Virus record (IMG/VR): IMGVR_UViG_3300008952_003529
Length of the DNA stretch: 64,000 nt
Direction: 5' to 3' (one strand)
Source of the DNA: a virus
Positions 28,578 through 38,410 of the stretch are shown here, one piece after another. The notes below the pieces were generated by a model, which saw only the letters and a list, made by a program, of their open reading frames with translations, had not been told where the DNA came from and ran no database searches. Within the stretch, counting starts at the first letter, position 1. Every line of letters starts with the position of its first letter. The translations under genes were made by a program, and so were the position numbers.

Positions 28578-31500
28578 ATGTTTCGTTGTGCACATTTCGC
28601 TGATATACACTTTCGTGGTCTAACCAGACATGAAGAGTATAGAGAAGTATTTTCAGAATCGTTTGTTAAGCTAAAGCAGCTGTCACCAGATCTTATTTTT
28701 ATCGGAGGTGATATTGTTCATTCAAAAACACAAGGAATTAGTCCAGAGCTGATTCACATTTTGACATGGTGGTTTAATTCCTTAGCAGAAATAGCTCCTG
28801 TGCATGTCATCTTGGGAAACCACGACGGTCTTATGCTGAATGAAGATCGCCTCGATGCGATCACTCCCATCTTGGAGGCGATCAATAATCCTGATATTAA
28901 ACTGTTTAAAGATTCCGGAACATATGATACTGGCATTCCCGGCTTTAAGTGGAATGTATTTAGCTGCTTTGATATTAGGGGGTGGGAAAATGTTTTACCC
29001 GACCCAGACGCCATTAACATTGCTACTTTTCACGGACCTGTTAACGGATCATTAACAGATCAAGATTGGGAGATTAATGGCGAAAGCGTAAAGGTAGACT
29101 TTTTTAATAAGTTTGACTTTGGTTTTTTGGGCGATATTCACAAGAAGCAATATCTTACACCAAAAATAGCTTATCCAGGCTCGACCATCCAGCAAAATTA
29201 CGGCGAAAGCATAGAGAAAGGGTTTCTATTTTGGGAAATTGAGGATAAAGATACTTTCAATGTCGAGTTTATTCCACTCTCAAACAAGAGGGCTTTTAGG
29301 ACATATAGGTGGAAGGGTTCAGTCATAGATACCTTGGAGCAAATTCCTGATTATGCGTCTGGTTCTAGATTTCGTATCGCGCATGAGGGCATCGATCAGG
29401 TCTCATTTAAGCAATTACAACGCGAGCTAAAAGAGCGCTTTTCTGCTGAGGAAGTTGTATCAAAGAATGAGACCAAAGCAATGTCGGATTCTGATGTTGT
29501 GATTACTACATCTGTTGGTGAAATAAGTCGTGCCGACCTTCGTAGCTTCAAGTATCAAGATAGACTAATGTCGGACTTTATTACCAGAAATGAAATTCCG
29601 GAAGAGGCTAGGGAAGAGCTCCGGACCCTTCATAAAAATATATTTCATAAATGTGTGCAGCAAGTGAGTCAGAATGCTCACCAATGGCGTCTACGTAGGC
29701 TAGCATTTGATAACACATTTGGGTATGGTGAGGATAATGTCATTGATTTTGATGTGCTAAATGGAATTACGGGTATCTTTGGAAAAAATCGTTGTGGAAA
29801 GTCTTCGATACCAGGTACCCTTGTTTATGGCTTATTTAATGCTACAGATCGAGGCGCACTCAAAAACCTCCATGTTATTAATAGCAGAAAGAATTTTTGT
29901 AAATCGACTGTGGACATATCAGTGGGTAGTAAGCTTTATAGAGCAGAGAGACAAACTATTAAGCGAGTTAGCAGGAAGGGTGTCGTCTCCGCTCCAACAC
30001 ACCTGAACCTGTATGCGCTTGATCAGGATAGGAACATAGAAACAGACAGCACTGAAGAGCAAAGACGCGAAACAGAGAAGGTGTTAAAAAATCTGGTTGG
30101 GTCTGTAGACGATTTTCTAATGACATCATTCGCTTCCCAGGGAGATATGAATGCATTTATCCGTGAGGGCGCGACTCAACGTAAGGCAATACTCACAAGG
30201 TTTCTAGATCTTCAGATTTTTGATGAAATGCTGAAGATGGCAAAAAGCGAGATGACTGAACTCCGTGGAGAAATGAAATCAGCTCCAGACAGGGACTGGG
30301 ACACATTGATCAGCGAGCAGACCGTATTGTTAGATTCGCATATGATTGAACGAAAAGAGATTGAGCAAGAGTTAATTGAGCTTAAAGAGAATCGTGATCA
30401 ACTAAAGCTTCAATTGGCTTCGTCCCCCGCCGATGCGATTTATACACGTCAAGACATCGAAAAGCAATCGCTCCATCTTAAGCATCTTGAGGAGCGAAAT
30501 GTTTCTATTAGCCAAAAGATATTAGATATATGTTCAGAGATGGATGCAACAAGAGGTAAAATTCAAAAGATTGATAACATCTGTGAACAATTTCCAGTAG
30601 ATGAGTTGAGGGAAGAAGCAATCCTCCAGACTGATCTGACGAGCCAGGTTCGGCTTGCACAGTCACGTTTAGATCTAGAGAACCAACGTCTGAAATCTCA
30701 ACAGCGTTCCGCAAAGAAGCTTGATAGTGTTCCCTGTGGAGACCAATTTCCAAAGTGCCCATATATCCGGGATGCGCACAAAAGCTCTAAAGAGCTCGAG
30801 GGACAAAAGGAAATTATTTCATCTGTGAAAAAAGAGCTATCTGCGATTAAGCGAAACTTAGACAAGCTTATAGGGAAAGGATTAAGCGATAAAATTTCGA
30901 AATATGAATCTATGCTAGCATCCGCACAATCATTGAGGCTTAAGAATTCTGATATGAAGCTTGAGCTAAGGGAGTCAGAGAGTAACCAGCAGTCGCTCAC
31001 CAGCGAATTACGACAAGGGAAAGAGCATTTACGAGAAATGCGCTTGCGCGCTGCCGATGAAGAAAAAGATGCAGAGGTTATTAAGATGCGTCTTGATTTA
31101 AGTCAACTTGAGAAGCGAATATCAGAGATAGATGCGGAGCGACTTTACTTGGCTGAACAGATCAGCTTGGGTGGAGTAAAGAAAAAAGAGCTGCTAGAAG
31201 AAAAAGAGCGGTTTGGCTCTCTTCGTACAAGGTGGCAGACTTATACCCTGTTAACTCAAGCGGTTGACAAGCGAGGAATCCCACTGACCATTCTATCATT
31301 GCAGCTTCCCAAAATTAATGCTGAATTAACAAAGATCTTGTTGGGCGTTGTGAATTTCGATATTAGCATTGAATCAAAGATGGACTCAAATAACCTTGAC
31401 ATCTTTATAGATTATGGGGACTCAAAAAGAATCATAGAATGTGGTTCTGGAATGGAGAAGATGATTTCTTCACTAGCCCTACGGGTCGCTTTGATTAACA

Positions 31501-31721
31501 TCTGTAACGCACCAAGAAGTGACGTCTTAATTATTGATGAGGGCTTCGGCGCTTTGGATGACAAAAATATAGAAGCTTGCAGCCGTTTACTAATATCTCT
31601 TAAGAAGTATTTTTCTAATATTCTTATCATCTCGCATGTTGACGCAGTCAAAGATATCGTTGATAATGTGCTAGATATTCAGAAGGTTGGACGAGATGCA
31701 AAAGTTAGATATTGCGAGTGA
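28578..31721 (+). CDS. Fused Mre11/SbcD nuclease - Rad50/SbcC ATPase (T4 gp47-gp46 equivalent), 1047 aa
   Basis: Metallophosphoesterase motifs FADIH, GGDIVH, LGNHD, GDIH, YPGS; then Walker A GKNRCGKSS, coiled coil, signature GSGME, Walker B/D-loop LIIDEGFGALD and IISH, all in one uninterrupted ORF. Confidence 0.9.
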   Translation: MFRCAHFADIHFRGLTRHEEYREVFSESFVKLKQLSPDLIFIGGDIVHSKTQGISPELIHILTWWFNSLAEIAPVHVILGNHDGLMLNEDRLDAITPILEAINNPDIKLFKDSGTYDTGIPGFKWNVFSCFDIRGWENVLPDPDAINIATFHGPVNGSLTDQDWEINGESVKVDFFNKFDFGFLGDIHKKQYLTPKIAYPGSTIQQNYGESIEKGFLFWEIEDKDTFNVEFIPLSNKRAFRTYRWKGSVIDTLEQIPDYASGSRFRIAHEGIDQVSFKQLQRELKERFSAEEVVSKNETKAMSDSDVVITTSVGEISRADLRSFKYQDRLMSDFITRNEIPEEAREELRTLHKNIFHKCVQQVSQNAHQWRLRRLAFDNTFGYGEDNVIDFDVLNGITGIFGKNRCGKSSIPGTLVYGLFNATDRGALKNLHVINSRKNFCKSTVDISVGSKLYRAERQTIKRVSRKGVVSAPTHLNLYALDQDRNIETDSTEEQRRETEKVLKNLVGSVDDFLMTSFASQGDMNAFIREGATQRKAILTRFLDLQIFDEMLKMAKSEMTELRGEMKSAPDRDWDTLISEQTVLLDSHMIERKEIEQELIELKENRDQLKLQLASSPADAIYTRQDIEKQSLHLKHLEERNVSISQKILDICSEMDATRGKIQKIDNICEQFPVDELREEAILQTDLTSQVRLAQSRLDLENQRLKSQQRSAKKLDSVPCGDQFPKCPYIRDAHKSSKELEGQKEIISSVKKELSAIKRNLDKLIGKGLSDKISKYESMLASAQSLRLKNSDMKLELRESESNQQSLTSELRQGKEHLREMRLRAADEEKDAEVIKMRLDLSQLEKRISEIDAERLYLAEQISLGGVKKKELLEEKERFGSLRTRWQTYTLLTQAVDKRGIPLTILSLQLPKINAELTKILLGVVNFDISIESKMDSNNLDIFIDYGDSKRIIECGSGMEKMISSLALRVALINICNAPRSDVLIIDEGFGALDDKNIEACSRLLISLKKYFSNILIISHVDAVKDIVDNVLDIQKVGRDAKVRYCE

Positions 31722-31938
31722 TGCTCAAAATAACCAGTTTGTCCCTCTAGATTGTCCTATCTGCGGATTTTTATTTCGTGATTTTCAAGATTGCATGCAA
31801 TATTTAGAGAGCAAGTGTTGTGTCGAGTGCTGGATTAGCTTTTTAGAGCCAATTAGAAAATTAAACAAAGATGAAAAATATGAGCCAAATTCAGAAGAGA
31901 TCGATAAGTGGCGAGAAAAGGTTTCGCCAGGTGAATAG
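31696..31938 (+). CDS. Small Zn-finger protein (80 aa)
   Basis: CPIC...CCVEC; ATG at 31696 preferred over the track's TTG at 31687; overlaps the SbcDC stop. Confidence 0.65.
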   Translation: MQKLDIASDAQNNQFVPLDCPICGFLFRDFQDCMQYLESKCCVECWISFLEPIRKLNKDEKYEPNSEEIDKWREKVSPGE

Positions 31939-31942
31939 TTAA
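31935..31942 (+). promoter_or_regulatory. Candidate late promoter motif ATAGTTAA
   Basis: Overlaps the upstream TAG; 24 nt before ATG 31959; SD GGGAG follows. Confidence 0.5.
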
Positions 31943-31958
31943 ATACGGGAGTTAACGA

Positions 31959-32327
31959 ATGTTTACGGTTGAAGAAGTACGTGCTTTGGGCAATTGCCTG
32001 AATATAACATGGGGAAAGTCTGTTGACAATCTCAAATTATCTCATAAGTTCAATGGCGATCTTTTAGAGCTTCGGTTTGATAGTATCGTTCATTTTGCTG
32101 CTGAACAAGCCCTACGAAGTCAAGTTACGAACCTCAGAGAGATATCAAATGATATTTTCACTGATGGTGTGAAGAAGATCAAGGCTGATTTTAAAGACGC
32201 CGCCGATAGGACGTTGAAGGTGTCTGAGCTTTCTAGAAATGATACTATAGAAATGGTTCAAGCCACCTCCAATTCTCCCCGAAAGGTTGCGTATTATCGG
32301 GCTTTTTTAACATTGCAAGTAAGTTAA
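31959..32327 (+). CDS. Hypothetical protein directly upstream of TerL (122 aa)
   Basis: Clean ORF with SD; no motif recognised. Confidence 0.7.
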   Translation: MFTVEEVRALGNCLNITWGKSVDNLKLSHKFNGDLLELRFDSIVHFAAEQALRSQVTNLREISNDIFTDGVKKIKADFKDAADRTLKVSELSRNDTIEMVQATSNSPRKVAYYRAFLTLQVS

Positions 32328-32336
32328 CGATGTTGA

Positions 32337-33932
32337 ATGCCTCCTTTATCCAAACAGAAACAAGTCGCTGAAATTGTAAAGTGCGGTAAAGATCCTGCGT
32401 ACTTTATAAATCGATACGTCCAAATTCAGCATCCGATACGCGGGCGTATTCCATTTCACACATTCCCATTTCAAGATGATTGTTTAGTCCACTTTAATGA
32501 TCATCGCTTCAACATAGTCGTTAAGTCACGCCAGCTTGGGTTGTCAACCTTGACAGCTGCATATGCTGTGTGGATGACAATGTTTAGAAAAGATAAGACT
32601 GTCTTGATCATAGCTACTAAGCTGGCAGTTGCTCAAAACTTTATTAAAAAAGTAAAGATAGCGTTAAGTGGAATCCCTAAGTGGATGTGGATTACTGAAA
32701 TAACCGCAAAGAATACACAAGCGATTGAGTTTTCGAATGGTTCAATGATTAAGGCTATTCCTACCTCTGAAGACGCCGGCCGCTCCGAAGCATTAAGCCT
32801 ATTGATTGTTGATGAAGCTGCCTTTATTCGTAATTTTGATGAACTATGGAAGGGCCTGTATCCTACACTGTCCACAGGTGGTAGAGCGATTGTTGTTAGC
32901 ACGCCTAATGGAACGGGTGGTCAATATTATGACTTATGGAAACAAGCTGCTGAAGGAACGAATGAATTTAATCCCATAAAATTGCCTTGGGATGTGCATC
33001 CAGAGCGAGACGATGAGTGGTTTAATAAAGAATCGTTAAACATGAATAAGCAGCAGATCGCTCAAGAGCTGTTATGCGATTTTCAAGCATCAGGAAACAC
33101 TTTTCTATCAATTGAGGAGATAGAGAAATTACGTTATAAAGTTCGCACGCCGCTCGAGAAGTGGGGTCCGGAAAATAATGTATGGGTATGGAAATATGCG
33201 CTAGAGGATCATGAGTATGTAGTCTCTGCCGACGTTTCGAGAGGTGATGGAAAAGATTATTCTACTTTCCATGTCATTGATACAACAGTGTCAGAGGTGG
33301 TCGCTGAATTTCGTGGAAAGGTACCTCCAGATCAATTAGCATATTTGTTAATAGAGGCAGGTAGAAGGTATCATGAAGCCATGCTTTGTCCTGAAAGCAA
33401 TACATTCGGATACGCTGTTTTAATGAAGCTACAAGAATTAGGGTATAGAAACATTTATTTTTCCAAAGAAAAGGATAAATTTAACGCATTATATGGCACG
33501 GGTCCAATTGGTAAGGCAGGGTTTTCGACTCAAGGCGGCAGTCGTGCTAAAATTCTCACTAAGTTAGAAGAGATGATTAGAAACGAAAAAGTTGATGTAT
33601 ATTCACAAAGACTGGTTGATGAGCTAAAGACGTTTGTGTGGACTAACGGAAAAGCTCAAGCTCAGCGTGGGAGAAATGACGATCTTGTAATGTCTTTTGC
33701 CATTGGTCTTTGGCTTTACGACGGAGACTCTCATTCTTCAAAGAAGACAGTGGATATCAACAAAGCGATGTTGCAGGCATTTGCAATTAATAAAAAAGAA
33801 GAGCACCCAAAACGAAACATGTCCAATTTTGCTCAGCAGGTCGGGATGTTTACCGCTCGTGGTTGGCCTATAGCTGTGGATGAAGAGCATCCTGCAGTAT
33901 CTGGCTCTGTGGATTTCAGTTGGTTGCTTTAG
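32337..33932 (+). CDS. terL: Terminase large subunit (T4 gp17-like)
   Basis: KSRQLGLST (Walker A), LLIVDEAAFI (Walker B), STPNG (motif III), nuclease SADVSRG and DDLVMSFAI. Confidence 0.95.
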   Translation: MPPLSKQKQVAEIVKCGKDPAYFINRYVQIQHPIRGRIPFHTFPFQDDCLVHFNDHRFNIVVKSRQLGLSTLTAAYAVWMTMFRKDKTVLIIATKLAVAQNFIKKVKIALSGIPKWMWITEITAKNTQAIEFSNGSMIKAIPTSEDAGRSEALSLLIVDEAAFIRNFDELWKGLYPTLSTGGRAIVVSTPNGTGGQYYDLWKQAAEGTNEFNPIKLPWDVHPERDDEWFNKESLNMNKQQIAQELLCDFQASGNTFLSIEEIEKLRYKVRTPLEKWGPENNVWVWKYALEDHEYVVSADVSRGDGKDYSTFHVIDTTVSEVVAEFRGKVPPDQLAYLLIEAGRRYHEAMLCPESNTFGYAVLMKLQELGYRNIYFSKEKDKFNALYGTGPIGKAGFSTQGGSRAKILTKLEEMIRNEKVDVYSQRLVDELKTFVWTNGKAQAQRGRNDDLVMSFAIGLWLYDGDSHSSKKTVDINKAMLQAFAINKKEEHPKRNMSNFAQQVGMFTARGWPIAVDEEHPAVSGSVDFSWLL

Positions 33933-33950
33933 GTTTAGATGGAAGGTTAG

Positions 33951-35939
33951 ATGGCAAATAAGGGAAACATATTTCAGAGGCTAACAAGTCTTTTTAGGGC
34001 CGGCCCAGTTGTTAAGCGTAAGGTTCGGATGCAAACGCCCGGCGCTTCCTCCTCTGCTGCCCAGCTTTTTAAGCGGGCTCACAATGACGTCTATAATACG
34101 ACATTAAGTGCGTATGGTTCCTTCGACCGGATGTCTCGGTACTCTGATTTTGCAGAGATGGAAGCTACACCAGAAATTGCTTCTGCTCTTGATATCTATT
34201 CTGAAGAAACGACTAGTCCTGATGAACACGGACGCGCGCTCCATATTTTTTGTGAAAATGATATTCAAAAAGAGCTTTTAGAAACGCTTTTTTATGATAC
34301 TCTAAATGTTGAGTTTAACCTTGTAATGTGGGTACGAAATCTTTGCAAATATGGCGATTTTTTCCTGTTCAACGATATCGATCCTGAGTTTGGTGTTGTT
34401 AACGCTTTCCCAATTCCTATTTCGGAAATGGAGAGAGAAGAAGGTTTTGATCCAGAAAATCCCGGTGCAGTAAGATTCCGGTGGCTCACACAGGGAAACA
34501 GTGTATTAGAGAACTGGCAAATAACACACTTTCGCTTGCTGGGGAATGATGCATTTTTGCCTTATGGGTCCTCTGTTCTAGAATCGGCTAGAAGAATTTG
34601 GCGACAGCTTATCCTTATTGAGGATGCAATGCTAGTTTATCGAGTAATTCGTGCTCCTGAACGACGAGTATTTTATATTGATGTTGGTAACGTTCCACCG
34701 GAAGATGTTCCAAATTATTTAGAGCAAGCAACTAGCACATTAAAAAGAGCTCCAGTTATTGATAAAGACAATGGAAAAGTTGACTTGCGTTATAACCCTC
34801 TTTCGGTAGACGAAGACTACTTTATTCCTGTACGTGGTGGGGACAGTGGTACAAAGATCGACACCCTCGCCGGGGGCCAGAATACAGCAGCAATCGAAGA
34901 TGTTGAATATATTCAGAAAAAATTATTTGCTGCGTTAAAAATTCCTCGAGCATATCTTGGTTATGATGAAGACGTCGGAGCGAAAGCGACACTCGCACAA
35001 GAAGACATCCGGTTTAGCAGAACAATTCAGCGAATTCAGAAAACAGTAATCGCCGAATTAAACAAAGTCGCTATGATCCACCTCTTTGTGCATGGATACG
35101 AGGGTGAAGACTTAATTGACTTTGAGCTTAAACTTTCCAATCCATCTTCTGTGGCTCAATTGCAAAAACTTGAATTAATATCAACCCGTTTTGATATTGC
35201 TGGCAAGGTTCCCGAGGGAATGCTTGATAGACGGTGGGTTCAGAAAAATGTTCTTGGTCTAACAGACAAGGTTATCGATGAAATTAATGAAGGTAGAAAA
35301 GAAGATAAGGTCCTCGATGCAGATGTCGAAGCCGCCGCCGCAGGTGGCGAAGGCGGTGACATGGGTGGTGGCGACATGGGTGGAGGAGATATGGGCGGTG
35401 GTGAAGAAGCCGGTGGTCTGTTCGCAGCAGATGAGCCACACGGTCCACTCTTAACAGCCCTACCCGGTGATGGGAACAAGCAAGCCGAAGAAGAAGAAGA
35501 AGAAGATGATGATATTGATATAAGCGCTCTTTCGATTGATGATCCAGATGCTCCCTTGAAAGCCCAGTCATCAGTTAAGAGAGTTTTCGGGAAGCCAACT
35601 CCCGGAACTAAAGCAAAGAGAGGGCCACTAACGACTCAAATGCCAGACTTTAAGAAGATGGTAACCCATTCCCGACCACAGGACTCTTTAAGAAAACCAT
35701 ACGGTGAAGATTATCTTCGACCTGCATTCGAGGGCATAGAATGGGATGAGCGAGATACTTACGATAGTATGTCAAGATCTACTAGACCAATGATGACACC
35801 AGAGATGAGGAGCGCAATGCAATCGCTCTCCTCGATTTTAACTCCTGAAGGTGGCGTGCTGTTGTCAGAAGCAGCCGAAAATGAGGAAGAAATATTCGAC
35901 CTCGATGAATACGATACCGGAGACATAGATGAAAGTTAA
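33951..35939 (+). CDS. gp20: Portal protein (T4 gp20-like) with long acidic/Gly-rich C-terminal tail
   Basis: IEDAMLVYRVIRAPERRVFYIDVGNVP, EDYFIPVRG, IEDVEYIQKKLFAALKIP; follows TerL. Confidence 0.93.
   Translation: MANKGNIFQRLTSLFRAGPVVKRKVRMQTPGASSSAAQLFKRAHNDVYNTTLSAYGSFDRMSRYSDFAEMEATPEIASALDIYSEETTSPDEHGRALHIFCENDIQKELLETLFYDTLNVEFNLVMWVRNLCKYGDFFLFNDIDPEFGVVNAFPIPISEMEREEGFDPENPGAVRFRWLTQGNSVLENWQITHFRLLGNDAFLPYGSSVLESARRIWRQLILIEDAMLVYRVIRAPERRVFYIDVGNVPPEDVPNYLEQATSTLKRAPVIDKDNGKVDLRYNPLSVDEDYFIPVRGGDSGTKIDTLAGGQNTAAIEDVEYIQKKLFAALKIPRAYLGYDEDVGAKATLAQEDIRFSRTIQRIQKTVIAELNKVAMIHLFVHGYEGEDLIDFELKLSNPSSVAQLQKLELISTRFDIAGKVPEGMLDRRWVQKNVLGLTDKVIDEINEGRKEDKVLDADVEAAAAGGEGGDMGGGDMGGGDMGGGEEAGGLFAADEPHGPLLTALPGDGNKQAEEEEEEDDDIDISALSIDDPDAPLKAQSSVKRVFGKPTPGTKAKRGPLTTQMPDFKKMVTHSRPQDSLRKPYGEDYLRPAFEGIEWDERDTYDSMSRSTRPMMTPEMRSAMQSLSSILTPEGGVLLSEAAENEEEIFDLDEYDTGDIDES
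35355..35402 (+). repeat. (GDMGG)x3 15-nt tandem repeat in the portal tail
   Basis: ggtgacatgggtggt ggcgacatgggtgga ggagatatgggcggt. Confidence 0.85.
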
Positions 35940-36783
35940 GCACAATAAGAAAAGGAATGTCGGCATTCTTTTTTCGCAATTATCAGAATATATTTCGAGC
36001 GCCCTCGTTGAGGGGCGTGAAAAAGATGCCCACATCGCGCTTGGAATTCTTAAGAAGCACTTTGCAAAAGGGTCGCAGCTGCACAGGGAGTTTCGCCTTT
36101 TTCGAGCGCTGGTTACCACATCAGTCCCAAGTTCTTCACTGGCTGTATCTATAATAAGTGAAGCACGAAATGCTTCTAGAAATATGGACGTCTCAAAATT
36201 AAGGCAAGAAAAATCTGCCCTAATCAAAGACATCAATTATAAGATTGCCGAGGAGGGCTTCTACACAAGACGTGTTATTGAATATAAGGCTTTTGCAACT
36301 GTCCAGACATTATTAAATAATTGGCGTCGCAAAGAATCCGATATTGATGTTACCACGAAGTTTGAAGCATCTCTCCATGAGCATCTCTTAAGAGAAAAAG
36401 CGGTAGTAAACTTAAGCTCTATGTCTACACCCGACGTTAATCGTTTGACGGTACAGATAATGCAGGAAAAACTTCAAGAAAAATTCGGACAGATCTTAAA
36501 TGAACAGCAAAATCTTTTATTAAAGCAATACGTGTTTTCAATGCAGTCAAATTCAAAAGACCACTTATTGGCTTCGATGCAGAGAATAAAAGAAGAAACA
36601 CGCAAATCATTAAACACCTTTGAGAATAAATGCTCAAATATAGTACTAAAAGAACAGCTGGCGGGGGTTCAACAAAAAATTGATATACTTCCCTCAGACA
36701 GAGTAGATGACTCTATCATATCACAATACTTAACTCTAATGAAGCTCGTGGAAGAGCTTGTTCCTGGAGACAAAAATGGCTGA
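35929..36783 (+). CDS. Hypothetical helical protein between portal and protease (284 aa)
   Basis: Basic N-terminus MKVKHNKKRNVGILF; overlaps both neighbours; SD GGAG. Confidence 0.75.
   Translation: MKVKHNKKRNVGILFSQLSEYISSALVEGREKDAHIALGILKKHFAKGSQLHREFRLFRALVTTSVPSSSLAVSIISEARNASRNMDVSKLRQEKSALIKDINYKIAEEGFYTRRVIEYKAFATVQTLLNNWRRKESDIDVTTKFEASLHEHLLREKAVVNLSSMSTPDVNRLTVQIMQEKLQEKFGQILNEQQNLLLKQYVFSMQSNSKDHLLASMQRIKEETRKSLNTFENKCSNIVLKEQLAGVQQKIDILPSDRVDDSIISQYLTLMKLVEELVPGDKNG
36726..36733 (+). promoter_or_regulatory. Candidate late promoter motif ATACTTAA
   Basis: Within the 3' end of the preceding CDS, 50 nt before the protease ATG 36776. Confidence 0.35.
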
Positions 36784-37393
36784 TTTAAAGCTTTTGACAG
36801 AATGGGCCCCATTTGAGTATACGAAAGAGCTTGTAGAGCAATCGAAGCTGGAAAATGATGGTAAGATAGTAATGAAGGGTGTTTTACAAAAGTCGGATAC
36901 GTTAAACCAAAATGGTCGTATCTATCCTCGAGCTATTTTAGATCGAGAGGTAAGAAATTATCAAAAATTTATTCAGGAGAACCGAGCGCTTGGGGAGTGC
37001 GACCACCCTGAAAGCTCGGTTGTTGAATTAAAAAATGCATCTCACATCGTAAGAGAAGCGTACATGGATGGAGACATATGCTATGGTCTTGTAGAGCTCT
37101 TAGACACCCCCGCTGGTAGAATACTACAGAGTCTTGTAGAAGCAGGGGTCACATTGGGCATCTCCAGTCGCGGTGTTGGTTCGACAAAAAGAAACGGTGA
37201 CACCGACGTTGTACAAGATGATTTTCAATTGATTTGTTGGGATTTCGTTTCAGAGCCTTCTACTCCAGGAGCATTTATGATGCGTGAGGGCCGGGTTGTG
37301 AATCAGAGCGAATTGAGTTCGGTATTTAACAAATCTGACAGAATCCACAGAATATTCAATGAAATACTAGAGTGGGGAGAAGATAATGAGTAG
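36776..37393 (+). CDS. gp21: Prohead protease (T4 gp21-like)
   Basis: NQNGRIYP, LGECDHP, LGISSRGVGS, WDFVSEPSTPGA; ATG 36776 with SD GGAGA preferred over TTG 36758. Confidence 0.92.
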   Translation: MADLKLLTEWAPFEYTKELVEQSKLENDGKIVMKGVLQKSDTLNQNGRIYPRAILDREVRNYQKFIQENRALGECDHPESSVVELKNASHIVREAYMDGDICYGLVELLDTPAGRILQSLVEAGVTLGISSRGVGSTKRNGDTDVVQDDFQLICWDFVSEPSTPGAFMMREGRVVNQSELSSVFNKSDRIHRIFNEILEWGEDNE

Positions 37394-37916
37394 TCGATGG
37401 AACAATCCGGGCCCAGGGTTTGCTGGTGCGTATCAAGTAAGCGGTATTCCCTATGTCACATCATCAAATCATGGTGAATTAAGCGCCACGTCCGCAAACG
37501 TAGTTCAGATTAGTTTCCCCCGTGTTACTCGCTGGTTTGAGATCGCTTGTAGCGGATCCACGGATGCTAATTCTCATTTACGCTTGGGTTTTTCAGAAAA
37601 TGGTGTTAAGGGTGTCGGTGCCGTTACAAGTTCGGTATACACTGGTGTGATTAATGAGTTTGGTACCGAAGTTTGGGATACCACGTCCCCACGTCCGACA
37701 GCTGCGCAATTGGAAAATACACATAAGAATTTTTTCGTCGTTGGTGCGTCGACTGGCGTCGGTGCTACTTCTCGATTTGAAATGGCATGCACTGATTTAT
37801 TTTTAAGGGCAGACGGCGCCGGAGACACTGGGTTTACAATTATTGCTGGGCTGACATCTATTGCGAGAACAACACTTAATCTTACAGGCTCTACTGGCTT
37901 CCACGGAGTTGGATAA
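37386..37916 (+). CDS. Hypothetical virion protein (176 aa)
   Basis: Coupled ORF, beta-rich and Gly/Thr-rich; GAYQVSGIPYVTSS. Confidence 0.65.
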   Translation: MSSRWNNPGPGFAGAYQVSGIPYVTSSNHGELSATSANVVQISFPRVTRWFEIACSGSTDANSHLRLGFSENGVKGVGAVTSSVYTGVINEFGTEVWDTTSPRPTAAQLENTHKNFFVVGASTGVGATSRFEMACTDLFLRADGAGDTGFTIIAGLTSIARTTLNLTGSTGFHGVG

Positions 37917-38362
37917 TGGCGAAGGTAACTAGAGACCACTTGAAGGCTCTTGTAAAAGAATGCTTATTTGAAATTTTGCTAGATGCTAGTGACACAAACG
38001 AGGTGATACAAGAAAGTAATACTTCGAAGCTTGTGGGTAGGTCCCGAAAGCTTTCCAGGAAACCGAAGGCAAGATCTCTTCATCCATCATTAGACAATAC
38101 GAGTTATGGAAAAAAGCAGCCTGAAAAGCCAGCGCCCCGCGTAAATACCCAAGCAATAACCAGTGATCCTATAATGTCTGCAATCTTCGAAGACACAGCG
38201 GCAACAACGCTGCAAGAGCAGGCCGCAGCAGAGCGTGGAAGGCCAATTGCTGGCGGCGATGCAGCTGCATTGATGGCTTCAAACAATGACCCCACCGACC
38301 TATTCGGTGAATCATCGCAGAATTGGGCAGCACTAGCTTTTAGTGATTCACCCAAAAAATGA
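37916..38362 (+). CDS. Hypothetical head-region protein (148 aa)
   Basis: TAATG coupling; LKALVKECLFEIL helix. Confidence 0.7.
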   Translation: MAKVTRDHLKALVKECLFEILLDASDTNEVIQESNTSKLVGRSRKLSRKPKARSLHPSLDNTSYGKKQPEKPAPRVNTQAITSDPIMSAIFEDTAATTLQEQAAAERGRPIAGGDAAALMASNNDPTDLFGESSQNWAALAFSDSPKK

Positions 38363-38410
38363 TAACAAACTACTCGAGCGAAATAAGTAATATTATTCCG
38401 GAGGATTGAA

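Noticed and set aside
9690-33953. TAG reassignment or read-through: TAG is followed in frame by the next ATG at 9690-9698, 24624-24638, 27051-27056 and 33930-33953 (TAG GTT TAG ATG GAA GGT TAG ATG).
   Set aside because: Under code 11 the genes are long and unfragmented, and the conserved proteins are full length. TAG 12913-12915 is followed by a terminator, and read-through would give implausible fusions (baseplate-RuvC, TerL-portal). Low-level read-through at 9692 cannot be excluded.
38383-38390. ATAAGTAA upstream of gene 38411 as another late motif.
   Set aside because: One mismatch to ATA-N-TTA in an AT-rich gap; not counted, although it may be a degenerate copy.
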